64,000 bases of DNA. Origin: Eutreptiella sp. 'Long Island Sound 2002' (taxonomy: Eukaryota; Protista; Euglenida). This document shows positions 11,457-23,189 of the stretch, piece by piece (within the stretch, counting starts at the first letter, position 1; every line of letters starts with the position of its first letter). Position numbers and translations under genes: made by a program. Location: positions 159,092,001 through 159,156,000 of the forward strand of contig OZ038378.1 in the NCBI GenBank assembly GCA_964036045.1, written 5' to 3'. The notes under the pieces were generated by a model, which worked only from the letters and a program-made list of their open reading frames with translations, made no database searches and had not been told where the DNA came from.

Positions 11457-12674
11457 GGGGGGGGGGTTTTGTTTTATGATTTTGTTTGTTGTTTGCCTCC
11501 TCCGGAGTGCACGGGTTGTCGGTTGACCGGAAATGGCGTGGCGGGGAGGTGATTGATGTCTGGTTCCGGTGGGAAGATGAACGACAGTTGCCGGGCGAAG
11601 GATATTTTCTGGTGCTCGCGTGCTTGCGTGGGATGGAATGAGGGCTGCATGAGGTCTGGTGGTGCTGAGGTTGTGTGTGTGGGTGGGTGTCAATTTGGCT
11701 TGCGGGCCACTTTCTGCAGGTGCCACCATTGAGAGAAAGGATTCGTCGCTGAGTATAACAATGGAGGCCTGGCGGATAGACAAGGTGCTGCAAACTGAAC
11801 TGCGAACATTCATCGACCACGAGGGGCATTGGCAGGTGTTGATGAAGCCGTGCGCTACCCACTCTGGTGCGATGGCTCTGCTCAACCCCAGCCTCCCTTC
11901 GCAGAAAGGACCAATGTATTGCTCACAGCGTGCGTCAGATACCACCCTTGCTACACCCTAACACCTTTCAAGCGCAGAACGACATCGTCCTCCTCTCTGG
12001 TCGTGCGTCTGTTTCCCCGGGATGCAAACCTAACCCTAATGGACCTGATGAACCAAATGGTGCACCACGAAAAACGGTGTTCAGTCTTGTCCCATCTACA
12101 CCATGTCAAGTTTTCACATTGTATGGCAATTTCACATTTGGGCTGGGAACGTGGTCACCGAAGGCAGCGCAATTTTTCGGGGGGTGGGGGTGGGGGGCAT
12201 GGCAGGCAAAAAGTTTTCACCCGATGTGTGTACACTCAAAATGCTCAAAGTCTTCTCGTTGTACTATATGCCCTACCTCTTGGCCCAGGCTGTTGCCCGA
12301 GAGCTCATAATGTACACATTGGGACTGTTGAGCCTGTTGAGCTGGAAGGGGAAAAAAATGCTCAAAGTCTTATGGTGCCTTTGAATATGCATGAAAAAGT
12401 AGAAAAGAAAAGTTTGTCACCCACCCTCACCACAACCCAACCCACTTTGGCTGCTTGGCCGCCCTCCCCCTGGAGGGGCAAAAAGCGTTTGCACAAAAAG
12501 TCTTTACTTCAACGCGCTCATTATTTAGAGGTATGTTTGCTGGGGTACATTTTTTTTCGCCCTAGCCGACCCCCCCCCCCATCTTCCCCTGGACACCCGC
12601 CCCGGGATCCCCCCCCCAAAAGTTCTTGCACACGTTCGGGTGTTGATATTCGAACAGGGGGGGGTTGGGTTGGC

Positions 12675-13676
12675 TCACTGTTGACAGACACATACACACA
12701 GGCCTCTGGTAAAGTGTGGTCACGAACAGGTGCCATCCCCATGGGGGGACCATTCAGCGCCCAAAGCGCAGACCTGAGATCCATCTGGGCCGCTAAACAA
12801 CGGACAGACTTGATGAGACGAATAGGCCAGCTCTCCTTCTCACCAAGAGGACACCCACTGTGGACCACACCACGAGGGAACACGGTGTCCTTAGCGCAAT
12901 TCAGGGACAACATCCTGGTAGGGGCACGGGGACCGTCCCCGGCGCACGAGATGCAAAATGTCTGTGACACTCTGTCAGAGGTATGGGACCTGCCAGTCCT
13001 GTGCGGCTGCATGACAGATGAACAACGGGTATGCCGCCGCACTTGCACATCCCCCTCTCTCACGGCCATGGGTTTTACCATACACCTCGGGGACGGCAGC
13101 CCTCCATTGATATATGCCCAGCCGTCGGGTTTGACAGCGAGCTGGCACCTGAAATACACGGTCACCCTCCAGTCACCACCACCTGCACAGGCCCACAAAC
13201 ACATATCCAACATACTGGTCAGCGCAGTACTCAATGTACAGCCCTTTCTCCACACGTGGGCATCATGTTTATTGAGTATCACATCCTGGGCGCAAGTTGC
13301 CCTCTTGTCTGGCTATTCACGACCCACTGTCTTGCGCGCGTTGCACTCCGCAGTGCCTCGCATCATCGCCCGGACGACATGGGACGTAGATCAGACACTT
13401 ATATGGTACGAACATATTACCTATAAACTGCCTTCCACCAGGGAGACAGTCTTTTTCCACCTCCATCGCTGGCTGAACAGCCATGCTATTTGGTCAACAC
13501 AGGCATATGCCTCATGGCACATGCCACATGCAGGGCTCTGCCACGCGCACTGCGCCGACTGGTGCCACGATTTTCCTATTTTATCTGCGCTAACGCCACT
13601 ATTGAATCCCTCGAAACGCATCCCGTTGGGGCTATGCCCCCGGGGGGAGGGCCCATCACCATTCCCAATCTTATGA
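12675..13676 (+). mobile_element. 5'-truncated Penelope-like element RT (fingers/palm/thumb), no C-terminal GIY-YIG nuclease
   Basis: LLTDTYTQASGKVWSRTGAIPMGGPFSAQSADL resembles the PLE G-x-P-M-G-x-x-x-S motif. QFRDNILV occupies the YxDD position and LLSGYS resembles the PLE thumb L-x-x-N-G-Y. The frame is open to the stop at 13676; sequence upstream of about 12670 is unrelated repeat DNA. Confidence 0.75.
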
Positions 13677-13810
13677 ACTCAGAAATAGGTCGAATTTACA
13701 GGTCCGGTGGGTAAAGCATAGCGTCGGCCGATGGCGTACCGCTGCACACCCACTGTTTCGCATCTCTGTGGCCCACCCACAGGCATCTTCGTGTCTCTTG
13801 TCTTGCGACA

Positions 13811-13848
13811 GAAAGGTACCTATGGTCTTATAGGCCACTGACGAGCCC
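13811..13848 (+). ncRNA. Hammerhead-ribozyme-like core downstream of the Penelope-like RT; stem II is not formed in this copy
   Basis: GAAA-GGTACC-TA-[TGGTCT TAT AGGCCA hairpin]-CTGACGA-G, about 135 nt after the RT stop. Confidence 0.35.
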
Positions 13849-14410
13849 ATTTTCTTTCTGCGCTTTGTGCTGTTGCCGCCAGTGCACACGTGACATAGCC
13901 CAGAGTTCCTTCGGGGTTGGTCCTCACGCATGCGTCTTGCCGGGTCTTGTTGGACCCGCTTTCGCTGCTTTGCTTGGTGCTGAGAACAAGACATGCGAAT
14001 CACCGGGGCAGTTTACACAGGCCGGCAGATTGTACGCTGTCTCGGACGGCAGGCGCATCGAAGCAATGATGATTGGCTGTTGTTTGTGCCCTGTTGACCC
14101 AGAAAAGGAATGGTGCTGCATGGGATGGACAGGTCTGCAGCCGACAACCGGCACTCTGCTGGTTTTGGTCGGGGACAGCATCGGCAGTGTGTTTTTGGTT
14201 CGGCTGGGTTGATGCCCGCTGCCAGGTATGCTGCTGTTTTGCCCATGTCCTTTTGGACAGTCGGGGCTGTACAGCCATGGCAACTGTTGCATTGTGCTGT
14301 CTCGCACCACTACACTGTGTGATCCACCACTGAATGCTATACCAGCTTCACACTCCGGCCCTGGTATCCCTGGTATCCCATCCAGGCGACTGCTTAGTGT
14401 GGCGGACCCC

Positions 14411-14437
14411 CCTGACCCTGACCCTGACCCTGACCCT
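14411..14437 (+). repeat. (CCCTGA)4 telomere-variant hexamer run
   Basis: Direct reading. Confidence 0.7.
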
Positions 14438-14969
14438 TGGGGGGGCCAGGGGTCAGAGGCCAAAAAACGATTGTTTACAAAGGGGGCGTACCGTGCGCTG
14501 TGCGCGCGCTGTGCGAAAAGTTGGCTGTTCTTCACCACCGGGAGTTCGGTAAGTTCAGAAGATTGAAAGGACGCCATTGAATGGCTGCTGCAGTGGACGG
14601 GGCTATAGGGGGCAGAATTTAGGTCCCTGGGACCCATGGCAAGCATCAGATGTTTGAATTTTTGAGTTTTGAATTGATTGTGCATGATTCTGCAGGTGGG
14701 TGGTTTTCAGGGTTGTTACCTGGATAATCACCGCAATGATTGGCGCTGTGCGCGCGCTGTGCGAAAACGCCCCCAAAAACCGGCCTCATTTCCGGCTTTT
14801 TTCATAAATTTCGCGTTTACCCCGAGGGCATGTTTTCTGATGTGGGTGGGTGGGTGGGTGGCTTGGCGGCGGCTGGCCAGGGCCCCCGCCGCTGAGCAAT
14901 CGCCCGATTCCATCCCATCCCCCGTGCGCCCTCCTCCCGCCCTCTTCCCTCATCCCCCCCGTCTCGCAG

Positions 14970-15122
14970 GTCCGGTCCCTCGGATGGTGCTACTTCCCAG
15001 ACCCCTACGGCTTCTACGTGGATTCCATAGAAGGGCTGACGGATTTCCCTGCAGACCCCATCAAAGTCGTCCCCTACTTCAACCGCCCCGGCCCCAACAG
15101 CCCCCAGCCCAATGCGCACAAG
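14970..15122 (+). CDS. Gene A (or neighbouring gene) internal exon
   Basis: Strong pyrimidine tract + CGCAG| acceptor; 51 codons VRSLGWCYFPDPYGFYVDSIEGLTDFPADPIKVVPYFNRPGPNSPQPNAHK; donor AAG|GTGACT. Confidence 0.7.
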
Positions 15123-16999
15123 GTGACTCCAGGGCAAAGGGAGAGGCGCGGTGGCAGGGGGAGGGTGCTCATGGAGCAGCGCTTCGGTGCACGTGCAGTG
15201 TCCCACTGCACGGATAGACCGGAGGCGCCTGCGGCGCCTTTCCATCTTCCCATGTGGCGTTGGTTTACGACATACAGACCCCCCATCCAGCCATCAGGCG
15301 GGAGTGGCCTGTGGGGAGGGCACATGCTGCATCACCGAGCTAACCCACAGCCTTAGGCCCCCTCCCTGTGAGGATATCAGGTAGGTACCAGGGGATCCAA
15401 CCCACGGGGGGGGGGCGGCCAGGCCCGGTCCTTGTGTGCGACACCCCCCAGCCCCCCCCCCCCTCCCCCCCTGGGTTTTGAGAGATAGTGGTGTTGGGGC
15501 CATGGCGCCAACGGCGCCGAAGTTTTTTTGTGCATGCTTCCCTTTCATCAAACCATCCATGTTTTCAGCGCCAGATTGGCAAGACGAGGCACTCAACAAA
15601 TGTCGTTTGTTGCAAAGTGCAAGATCACCACAACCACTGTGGACACACCTGCCCATCTGCAGCCCCTGCTTCACAACAGCCACCAGCAGCTTCCCCAAAC
15701 CCGCCCCAGACACACATCCCCCCGGAGGTATGCATGTGGTAGTAGTGGGTCGCGCGTAGCTCCCCCCACCTTGGGAACCCCCGCCCCCCCCACGGCCGAC
15801 CCCCCCCCCCCCCACACCCTCCAGCCGACCCCCTCCCCCCAACTGCCCACCAGCCCCCCCCCCCCCCCCCAAGTTTTGACAGATAGCTGGGGGGGGTGTC
15901 GCATCAGGACCGGTTGTAGTCGTCCCCCCCGTGATCCAACCAGCGTGTGCTCTTCAACGCAGGCAGGCGGGCAACTCTTGTTGCCATGGAGCTGGCACGC
16001 CCCTCCCCCTTGGGAGGGCTAGCCGGGGCGCCCAATGCGCCGCCCGCTCGGGAGGGCAGGCACCGCCGCGGCGGTTGCACGGGAGGGCAAGTGTGGAAGA
16101 GACCTAGTCTCGACCGTCTCGTCCCTCTGTGCCGTTCCAGGGGGGGGGGGGGGGCACCACCGGGGAGGTGGGTTCTGAACTCTTGATCAGCCCACCACCC
16201 CAGCCCCCCGCCCTCTGTACATAGGCCTGCGGACATCAATAGTAACCGTACCAGGGGATGGTAATGTACTGTCCCAGACCATTTGTCTGAAGTGCCGAAC
16301 AATCTCGAGTAGTTGTCGATGGTTTCGGACGGAACAAAAAACAAGCACGTGCAGCGGTGTTCCAATTCTGCACCACAGCACTGCACCGACCGCGGGGCAC
16401 TGCGCAGTCTGCCGGGGGTCATCCACGCACACGTTTTGGTGGGATGGTTGTCGTTTGTGCCGTTTTTGGCCCTCTGCCTTTCACAGGTGCCCTCCGTGGT
16501 GGTGCCACACACCCCCGCTGCCCCGGTGAGTGTGCCTTTGACACCACAACGGTCGATCGGGGTTGTTGCTGCCCCATACACCTGGCCTTGGTTTGCGGAG
16601 CTGCTTGCAGGTGCGTTGGCGGTCTGCCGATGATGCTGGAGGGTGCCGGGTGAATGCGCAGGGACGGTGGGTACTGCCGGAGAATAGCGGGGGGGGGCGA
16701 GTGCAGGAAAGGACCGGGCTTTCGCCTTGGTGCAGGGGGATGGAGTGTGGGGGTAGGGGAGGGAAATGGGCTGAATGGGCAGGGATTCCCCACCGGAGAG
16801 CGATCTGACCAGGCTTTTGCTTAGTGTCCGTCCTACCCCACGGGGGGGGGGTCTGGCAGAATTTCAGGGTGGGTGGGTGTCCAACCCCCCCCCCCCCCCC
16901 GGGCCACCACTGTGTTGGAACACCCCAGGGTGCGAGTGGCATCAGACAGACCGCTGCCCACACTGCACCAACCAGCCCGCAAAAAAAGGAAAAAGTTCG

Positions 17000-18120
17000 C
17001 ACAGGCAGCAGAGTTGGCAGCGCACTACAAATCTATTATACACAGTCATGTGGAAGAAGCATGGTCCATTGTATATCCTGACGGATCATCAGAAAAACAC
17101 CCAGAGGTGGGGAGGGTAGGGGGTTACGGAGTGTACTTTGGAGACCACAGAGATGTGGCAGAATTTTTACCTGTGGATGAACCACAAACCAATATCCGAG
17201 GGGAGCTCCGGGCAGCGCTCAGTGCGCTGCAGGGACACGTCCCAGGAACCAGGTCACTCATTTGCCCAGACTGTCAGCTGGTGGTAGATGGAGTACTCGG
17301 GTTGGCGCAAAGGTGGCGGCGGCATAAATGGCGGAACACCACGGGTGAAGTGGCACATGCAGACCTGTGGGCCCAGATCCTGGAGCTCACAGACCGCTAT
17401 GGCGCAGAAATCAAATGGATGCATATCCCCTCACATATTGGCATCCGGGGAAATGAGAAAGTGGACCAACTGGCTGGCTGACCTGGGCAGGAGAAAATTG
17501 CCACTGCTCTTCGGGAGAATATCAGTGTCTCCAAGGCCGGAGGACGAGGAAGAGGAGCAGGAGCTGTTGGAGGGAGAGGCATCAGTCTGGGGCTATGAGG
17601 AAGAACCCCCCCCGCCAGAAGAGGACCACCCCCCCACCCCTGCCGGACACCGAGAACGCCACAGGCCACACCACAGCGACAGGTTGGAATGCCCAGTCCA
17701 GGAATCATTGACTCACCACTGTGGGATGTGGAGGTATGCACACCAGCCATGGTACGCAAGTGCGGCAGAGTCGGCACGCCTGAACCACCGCAGAGTCGGC
17801 ACGCCTGAACCACGAAGCCACATCAAGTACACCCCGCAACCGTCACGAATGCCGATGCAGTCACAGCCAACACCCATGTCAGGAGTACACCACACACCAC
17901 GGGTAATAGGGCCCAGCAGGTGCACTTTCCAGACACCAGAACCACCGTCCCCGCTCACGCCCAGTGCTAGAATCAACTTGTTGCGGTCGCTGAACCTGGT
18001 CGAAATGGAGGGGGGGGGGGGCAGAAAGGGCACCGTCGGACAGCTGGATGGAGGACTCAGACACTGAGTCAGTGGCAGACACCGACTCAACGATGTCCTG
18101 CAGCACAGCATGCTCAATGT
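17000..18120 (+). pseudogene. RNase H1-type domain plus acidic/Pro-rich tail, frameshifted
   Basis: VYPDGSS...GGYGVYFG...QTNIRGELRAA...PDCQLVVDG...DLW...WMHIPSHIGIRGNEKVDQLA, with all four acidic positions present. A 4-bp duplication (GCTG) at about 17473 shifts the frame into LADLGRRKLP... Confidence 0.8.
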
Positions 18121-18864
18121 GCTTCACCCCCTACCACACAACACCAAACTGAATGTTGAATGTTGCATGTAATGACCTCCTAACCTCAGCCTGTACCCAC
18201 TGGGTTCTTAAACCTAAGGTCCGACAACCGTCCAACGAGGTGCGGGCCGAACGGGGCCAGCAATCAGCACGCACAGCGTGGGACTGACCACTGACCGGTA
18301 TGCACGCCTAACCGTGCAAGGCGAGATGACCAGGGAGCGAGCACGCAAGACATTGGCTGTGCGGACGATCGGCGGACATTGGCTCGAACAATGGACAGTA
18401 GGCGGTGAAGGCCGTGGGGAGCAGGCGCGGCTGGAGCCTAATGCGGACATTGCAACCTGACCCATTGCAGCCCGGGGTGGGGTGGGACTTTGTGGGGGCC
18501 CTTGGGTCTATTGAGCCAGTGCCACTTCTTTCTTCCGCGTGGCGCGTAGCGACCGCGGCTCTGAAAAAAAGAAAGAGACAGAAAAAGAGCAAAGGGGGAA
18601 GAAGCGGAAGCACTCTGATGTCATTCACATCGATGTTTCAGACAGTGACGCTTCAGCCTCGTCCTCCAGCTCTGATCTGGTTTCATCCTCTGAGTCGAGC
18701 AGTGATGATGACAATTAGATTGACATGATGGTTGTTCACCTCTGTGAAAAACTTGGTCTTCTGTATTGCATGTCTCAGTTGGGTACGTGGGTGGGTGGGT
18801 GGGTGGGTGTCAGACCCCCCCCCTGGGGGGATACACCGAACGACCCGAACCCCCATTTTGTGCG

Positions 18865-19010
18865 AGAGGGAGAGAGAGAGAGAGAGAGAGTAGGACGCGA
18901 TGGGAAAGGAACTGAGAGGAGCAACAGAGAGGAGAGAGAGAGAGAGTGGGGCGCAGGAGAGAGAGCAGGAGAGAATGGGAGGGAGAGAGTGGGAGAGAGA
19001 CCCACAGAGC
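18865..19010 (+). repeat. (AG)n-rich low-complexity tract
   Basis: Direct reading. Confidence 0.8.
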
Positions 19011-19765
19011 AAGAGTCGGGGGCTAACCGGCGCAAAGGGAGGGTGGTGGGTTTGAGCTGACCAGGGCGTATGGGACGCCAAGACAGCACAGATCAGTCTA
19101 ATGGTGAAATAACAGGGCGCCATTGTGCCCCTGAGCCACAGGATCGACACGTCGTTACGTGTTGAAAGGCCGGAGCATGACTGGGGCTGCGAGAGTGCGG
19201 CCCATGTGAGGATGTCGGAAGCAAGTAGGCATGAAAATGTGGGCAGCATGTGCATGCATGGTGTGGAGCAGAAATGGTATGCGCCACACACAGTACAGCA
19301 ACGATCTGTTGAGTGGCCTGGCAGCCGGAGCTCTTGTTGAAATGTTGAGAAGCCTTTGCGCCACCAAAGGCGCCTTTGCGCCACCGAGGTTCAAGTACGA
19401 CACGTCCTCACGTGCCAGAGAGCAAGTGCATGACAGGGGCACGACCTGCAGGGCAAGGGTTAGAGACTAACCGGCACTGTGGGTGGGTGGTGGGTGCGAG
19501 CTGACCTCAGTGTCCAGAGGACCAGAGCCAATGCACAGTCAGCAACCATCTGGTGTGGTACAGAACTGGTCTACGCTGCAGTGCAGCAAGCAAAACACTG
19601 AACAATGTGGTTATGACCACGGGGGCGTATGCGAGCCCAGTTTCCGTTGCCTCATGGCCCCGGGGGGGTGGGTGGGACATTTGTCGGTCTGTGGGTATGC
19701 CAAAATTTTGGGTGGGTGGGTCCCTGAATTAACCCCCCCCCCCCCCGTGGTTAAGCAAAACCCTG

Positions 19766-20095
19766 GATCTGACTGAGTACCCTCTTTGAGCGTTCTCACC
19801 GAGTACCCTCTCTGAGCGATCTGACTGAGTCCCCTTCCTGAGGGTTCTCACCGAGTACCCTCTCTGAGCGATCTGACTGAGTCCCCTTCCTGAGGGTTTT
19901 CACCGAGTACCCTCTCTGAGCGTTCTCACCGAGTACCCTCTCTGAGGGATCTGACTGAGTACCCTCTCTGAGCGTTCTCACCGAGTACCCTCTCTGAGCA
20001 ATCTGACTGAGTACCCTCTCTGAGCGTTCTCACCGAGTACCCTCTCTGAGAGATCTGACTGAGTCCCCTTCCTGAGGGTTCTCAATGAGTCCCCT
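19766..20095 (+). repeat. Minisatellite, 26-bp unit, about 12.5 copies, mostly alternating A/B variants (52-bp higher order)
   Basis: GATCTGACTGAGTACCCTCTCTGAGC alternates with GTTCTCACCGAGTACCCTCTCTGAGC at an exact 26-nt period. Confidence 0.9.
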
Positions 20096-21909
20096 CCCAG
20101 CTGAGGTTACACAACTCCAAATTCTGCTCCACCAGAGAATAGGAAGCACCAGCCCTGCATCCTCTTGCGCGTTTCTAAATGACGTGGTTCATGGGCAATT
20201 TGGCAATTTCTTTGTAAATTTGCCAGCACCATCCATCAATTTTGATGTGTTGAATGGTGCTTCGTAGGGAGGGTGCTTTCCATCGTACATGATTGGGCTG
20301 TGTAACATAGGACAAGGGGGTTTGAATCACCAGGTGTTACACATCAGAGTTGTGCTGCAGTTTCACGACGTCTGCTCTTTTTGTGCCATGTGGGGGGGGT
20401 CCTCAATTAGACTGACAAAATATTTGGTACCTTTTTTTTGTACGCTGTCATGGAGGTGCGGAATTTACATTGTTATGTATGGACCTCCGTTGCCACATAC
20501 GATCAATTTTTTTTATTATTCACCAAAGGTAAGCATTTGCATATTTTTTTATCAAATCCAAAAGAAATCCCACAAAACCCCCAATCACAACACACATGTT
20601 GCCGCACTGCGCATACAAGTGAGGGAGCCCCAATGCGCAGGGCGATACGCGGTGCGCCCTACTTTAGGTGCTGCCCTTTTTGCTTGTTCAAGTGGCAGTC
20701 CCATATCTTCCCCATGTGCATTCCCCCTGCCCCTCACCGGCCCTGTCACCCCCGGTGAGCCCGACTGCTGCGGCTGTGGGATATGGCGCCAAGCCAGGTG
20801 GCAATGGCTGCCGCGATGGTGGACGATAGCCGCGGGTGCCTCAACCGCTCCCCTTTTGGACAACAGCCACCCACAAGCAGAAGCACAAACGTTTTCCACG
20901 GATGCGCGCATAGGGCGAGGGGGTGGGGGCTTGCCATCCATGCCTGGTTCGTATTCAAGCAGAGGGGCCTCTGTGTTTGCTTGTTGTGCATCTCCGTTGT
21001 TGTATGTTGACCCCTTAGACCACCGCGTCCCTGCCCACCTGAAAATCCCTGGAAAGTTCGAAACGCAGCATGCAAAAGACAGCACGCGGTGTGCGTGGTG
21101 CACGGGGCTCCCTCAGTGTGTTGATCGTGGCTCCGCATTCCCTGCCGCATCAGGGCCACACATATGCCAGCGTGTGGCTTGTAGCTCCTGAGGTTCTTGA
21201 GGGTTGCTTAGATCGCTGAGCGGCGTATGTCCTTATCGGCCACGGGTCGTTGGTACGCTTGTTAAAGGATGCTATAGACTGTCGGAGGTTGTCAAGGTTT
21301 TAACAAGGTTGCAGAGGGCCGACTCAGGTGTCCTGAACACTGCTGGTCAGGCACACGGCCGTCACCTCCCCCACACGCACTCATCGCTCACTGGTGTTGC
21401 ACATTCCATCGCTTTCCCAGGATTCTTTCAGCGGCTTCTTTGGCGACTCATTGAATGCTGTTTGGGGGTGTCCATGACGATCCTCCTCTGGCACGTTCCT
21501 ACCGATTTCTGGTCCATTGCCATCGCCTGGCTCCGGGGGTCGCAGGCTCCGAAGCCTCGAGTACCAGGCAGCCGTCACACGCCGGCGAGGTCCCGCGCAG
21601 CCTCGGCAGCGGCGAACGAAAAGGGCCATCGGTATGGCTGCTCTTTGCCAAGACAAGTCTGGGACACGGCACACGACAAACGGTCCATGTCTAAGCCAAG
21701 GCTCAGAGCGCACGCTGTGGTCTGGATACCCTGCGCAGGGGCATGGGGTGCAACATGCACAAGCAATCGTGCAAACAGCCATTCCACTGTGCACAAGGGA
21801 CTGTTATGGATTCCCACGGCCCGTCCTAAAACCCGGCGTGCACGCGGGACTCTCGGCCACTGAATCGTCCTCTACCATGCACGACCGCTGCCTGCGCCAA
21901 AGATGACTA

Positions 21910-22492
21910 CCCTCCCCCCCCCCTTGCAAACTCCCCCCCCTTGCAATCTCCCCCCCCCCCACCCGGGAGACCGTCACTTGCATGTTTTTCTAGTTAACAT
22001 GTATTGTGCTGGTTTGTGTTGCCCATCTGCTTTACGCATGGCCTTGCATTGCTTTCCCATTACTACAAATCAAGCACCTGTGTGTGTTCTGTGATATTCT
22101 CTCTCCAAAGGCGTTGTATGGGTGTGTTGTGTTGCTACTTCAGACCCAAGATGTTTTCTCCCGGTGACCATGTACGGTCATGCCTGTCATGCAAACTGAG
22201 CATGTGCAACAGTTCAAAGTGTGTTATTCTCGTACCCAGGAGTTCTTCACCGTTCCTTTGGATCCTCAATAACATTAGTGGTGGATGAAACACATTGGCA
22301 CCGCATCAATGCGAAAGTCGCTTGACACGTGTTCTCTTTGCTTGCATCGGTGGAGGGTACCACAGTTTGCCTTGAAATACCCTTGCAATCTCCCCCCCCT
22401 CCCCGGGAGACCGTCACTTGGCGACCGTCTCCCCCCCCCCACCCGGGAGACCGTCGCGCGCTAACCCGGGAGTTTGCAAGGGGGGGGCAGGG
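21910..22492. mobile_element. MITE with TA target duplication (Tc1/mariner/pogo type)
   Basis: TA|CCCTCCCCCCCCCCTTGCAAACTCCC ... GGGAGTTTGCAAGGGGGGGGCAGGG|TA; subterminal repeats CCCGGGAGACCGTC. Confidence 0.75.
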
Positions 22493-23189
22493 TACCTCCG
22501 AGGGCTGCTGTCATGAACTGTTGTGCCAGGGATGCACTTTGTGTGTCCCCGTTGTATACCCCAAAATTGTCTCCCGAGTTTCTTCATTTCTGCGTAGTGC
22601 CGGGGTTCGATCGTGGGCATCCAAGCAGCTATTTCTTGCTTGCTTCTTCTGACTGTGTTGTGTTTGCGCTGGGCGTGTACCTCGCCTGACTGTCAGACCC
22701 GGTCCACCCAATGTTGTCCGTGTCTGCCAGGTCCAGGCCCTCAACGGTGACGCCCGTAATTCCGGGCCAGACGTTCCTCCCCAACTTCCAGTTCTCCCCA
22801 AGTACACTCTACCCACACGGTCTGCACACAGTCTACCCACCGTTCCTCAGAACCAGGTGTGTCTGTCACCCTTCGTGCGTGTCACAAGCGTGCGAGGGAG
22901 GGTCCGCATCGCCTCTGCAACGTCCGCGGACATCATCGCATGCGACCGCGGTACCATTGTCACGTCCCCGTGCACTGCCATGCCCCTCCGCCCCCCTCAC
23001 ATATCGAAGGATCCATGCTTCTCCGCAGCAAAGGAGCATGGACCATATTACTTGGGCGCCCAATGAAATAGGGACCACAGTTTTAGATATGAGGGATAGC
23101 TACGGTTGTTTTGTTCCTTTGGGTGGTGTGCTGAGACCAGGCTTTGTCTATAAGGAATTACTACCAAAGGGGGGGGGGGGGGGGCACCT

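Larger units (their letters stand above)
16810..19765. mobile_element. hAT-type non-autonomous element of about 2.96 kb carrying internal retroelement cargo
   Basis: TIRs CAGGCTTTTGCTTA / TAAGCAAAACCCTG (13/14 match); perfect 8-bp TSD GATCTGAC at 16802-16809 and 19766-19773. The termini match the shorter family members at 24095 and 37632. Confidence 0.85.

Noticed and set aside
12043-12075. Hammerhead candidate CTGATGA...GAAA
   Set aside because: Stem II does not abut GAAA and stems I and III cannot be formed.
11829-12670. N-terminal half of the 615-aa ORF as part of the RT protein
   Set aside because: It crosses unrelated repeats and C/G runs; RT motifs begin only at about 12675, so the open frame upstream is probably fortuitous.
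15379-15473. Another CAGGGG...CCCCTG hAT MITE
   Set aside because: The flanking 8-mers (GTAGGTAC vs GGTTTTGA) do not match.
19766-20095. CRISPR array (26-bp period, internal palindromes)
   Set aside because: No spacers; tandem A/B units only.
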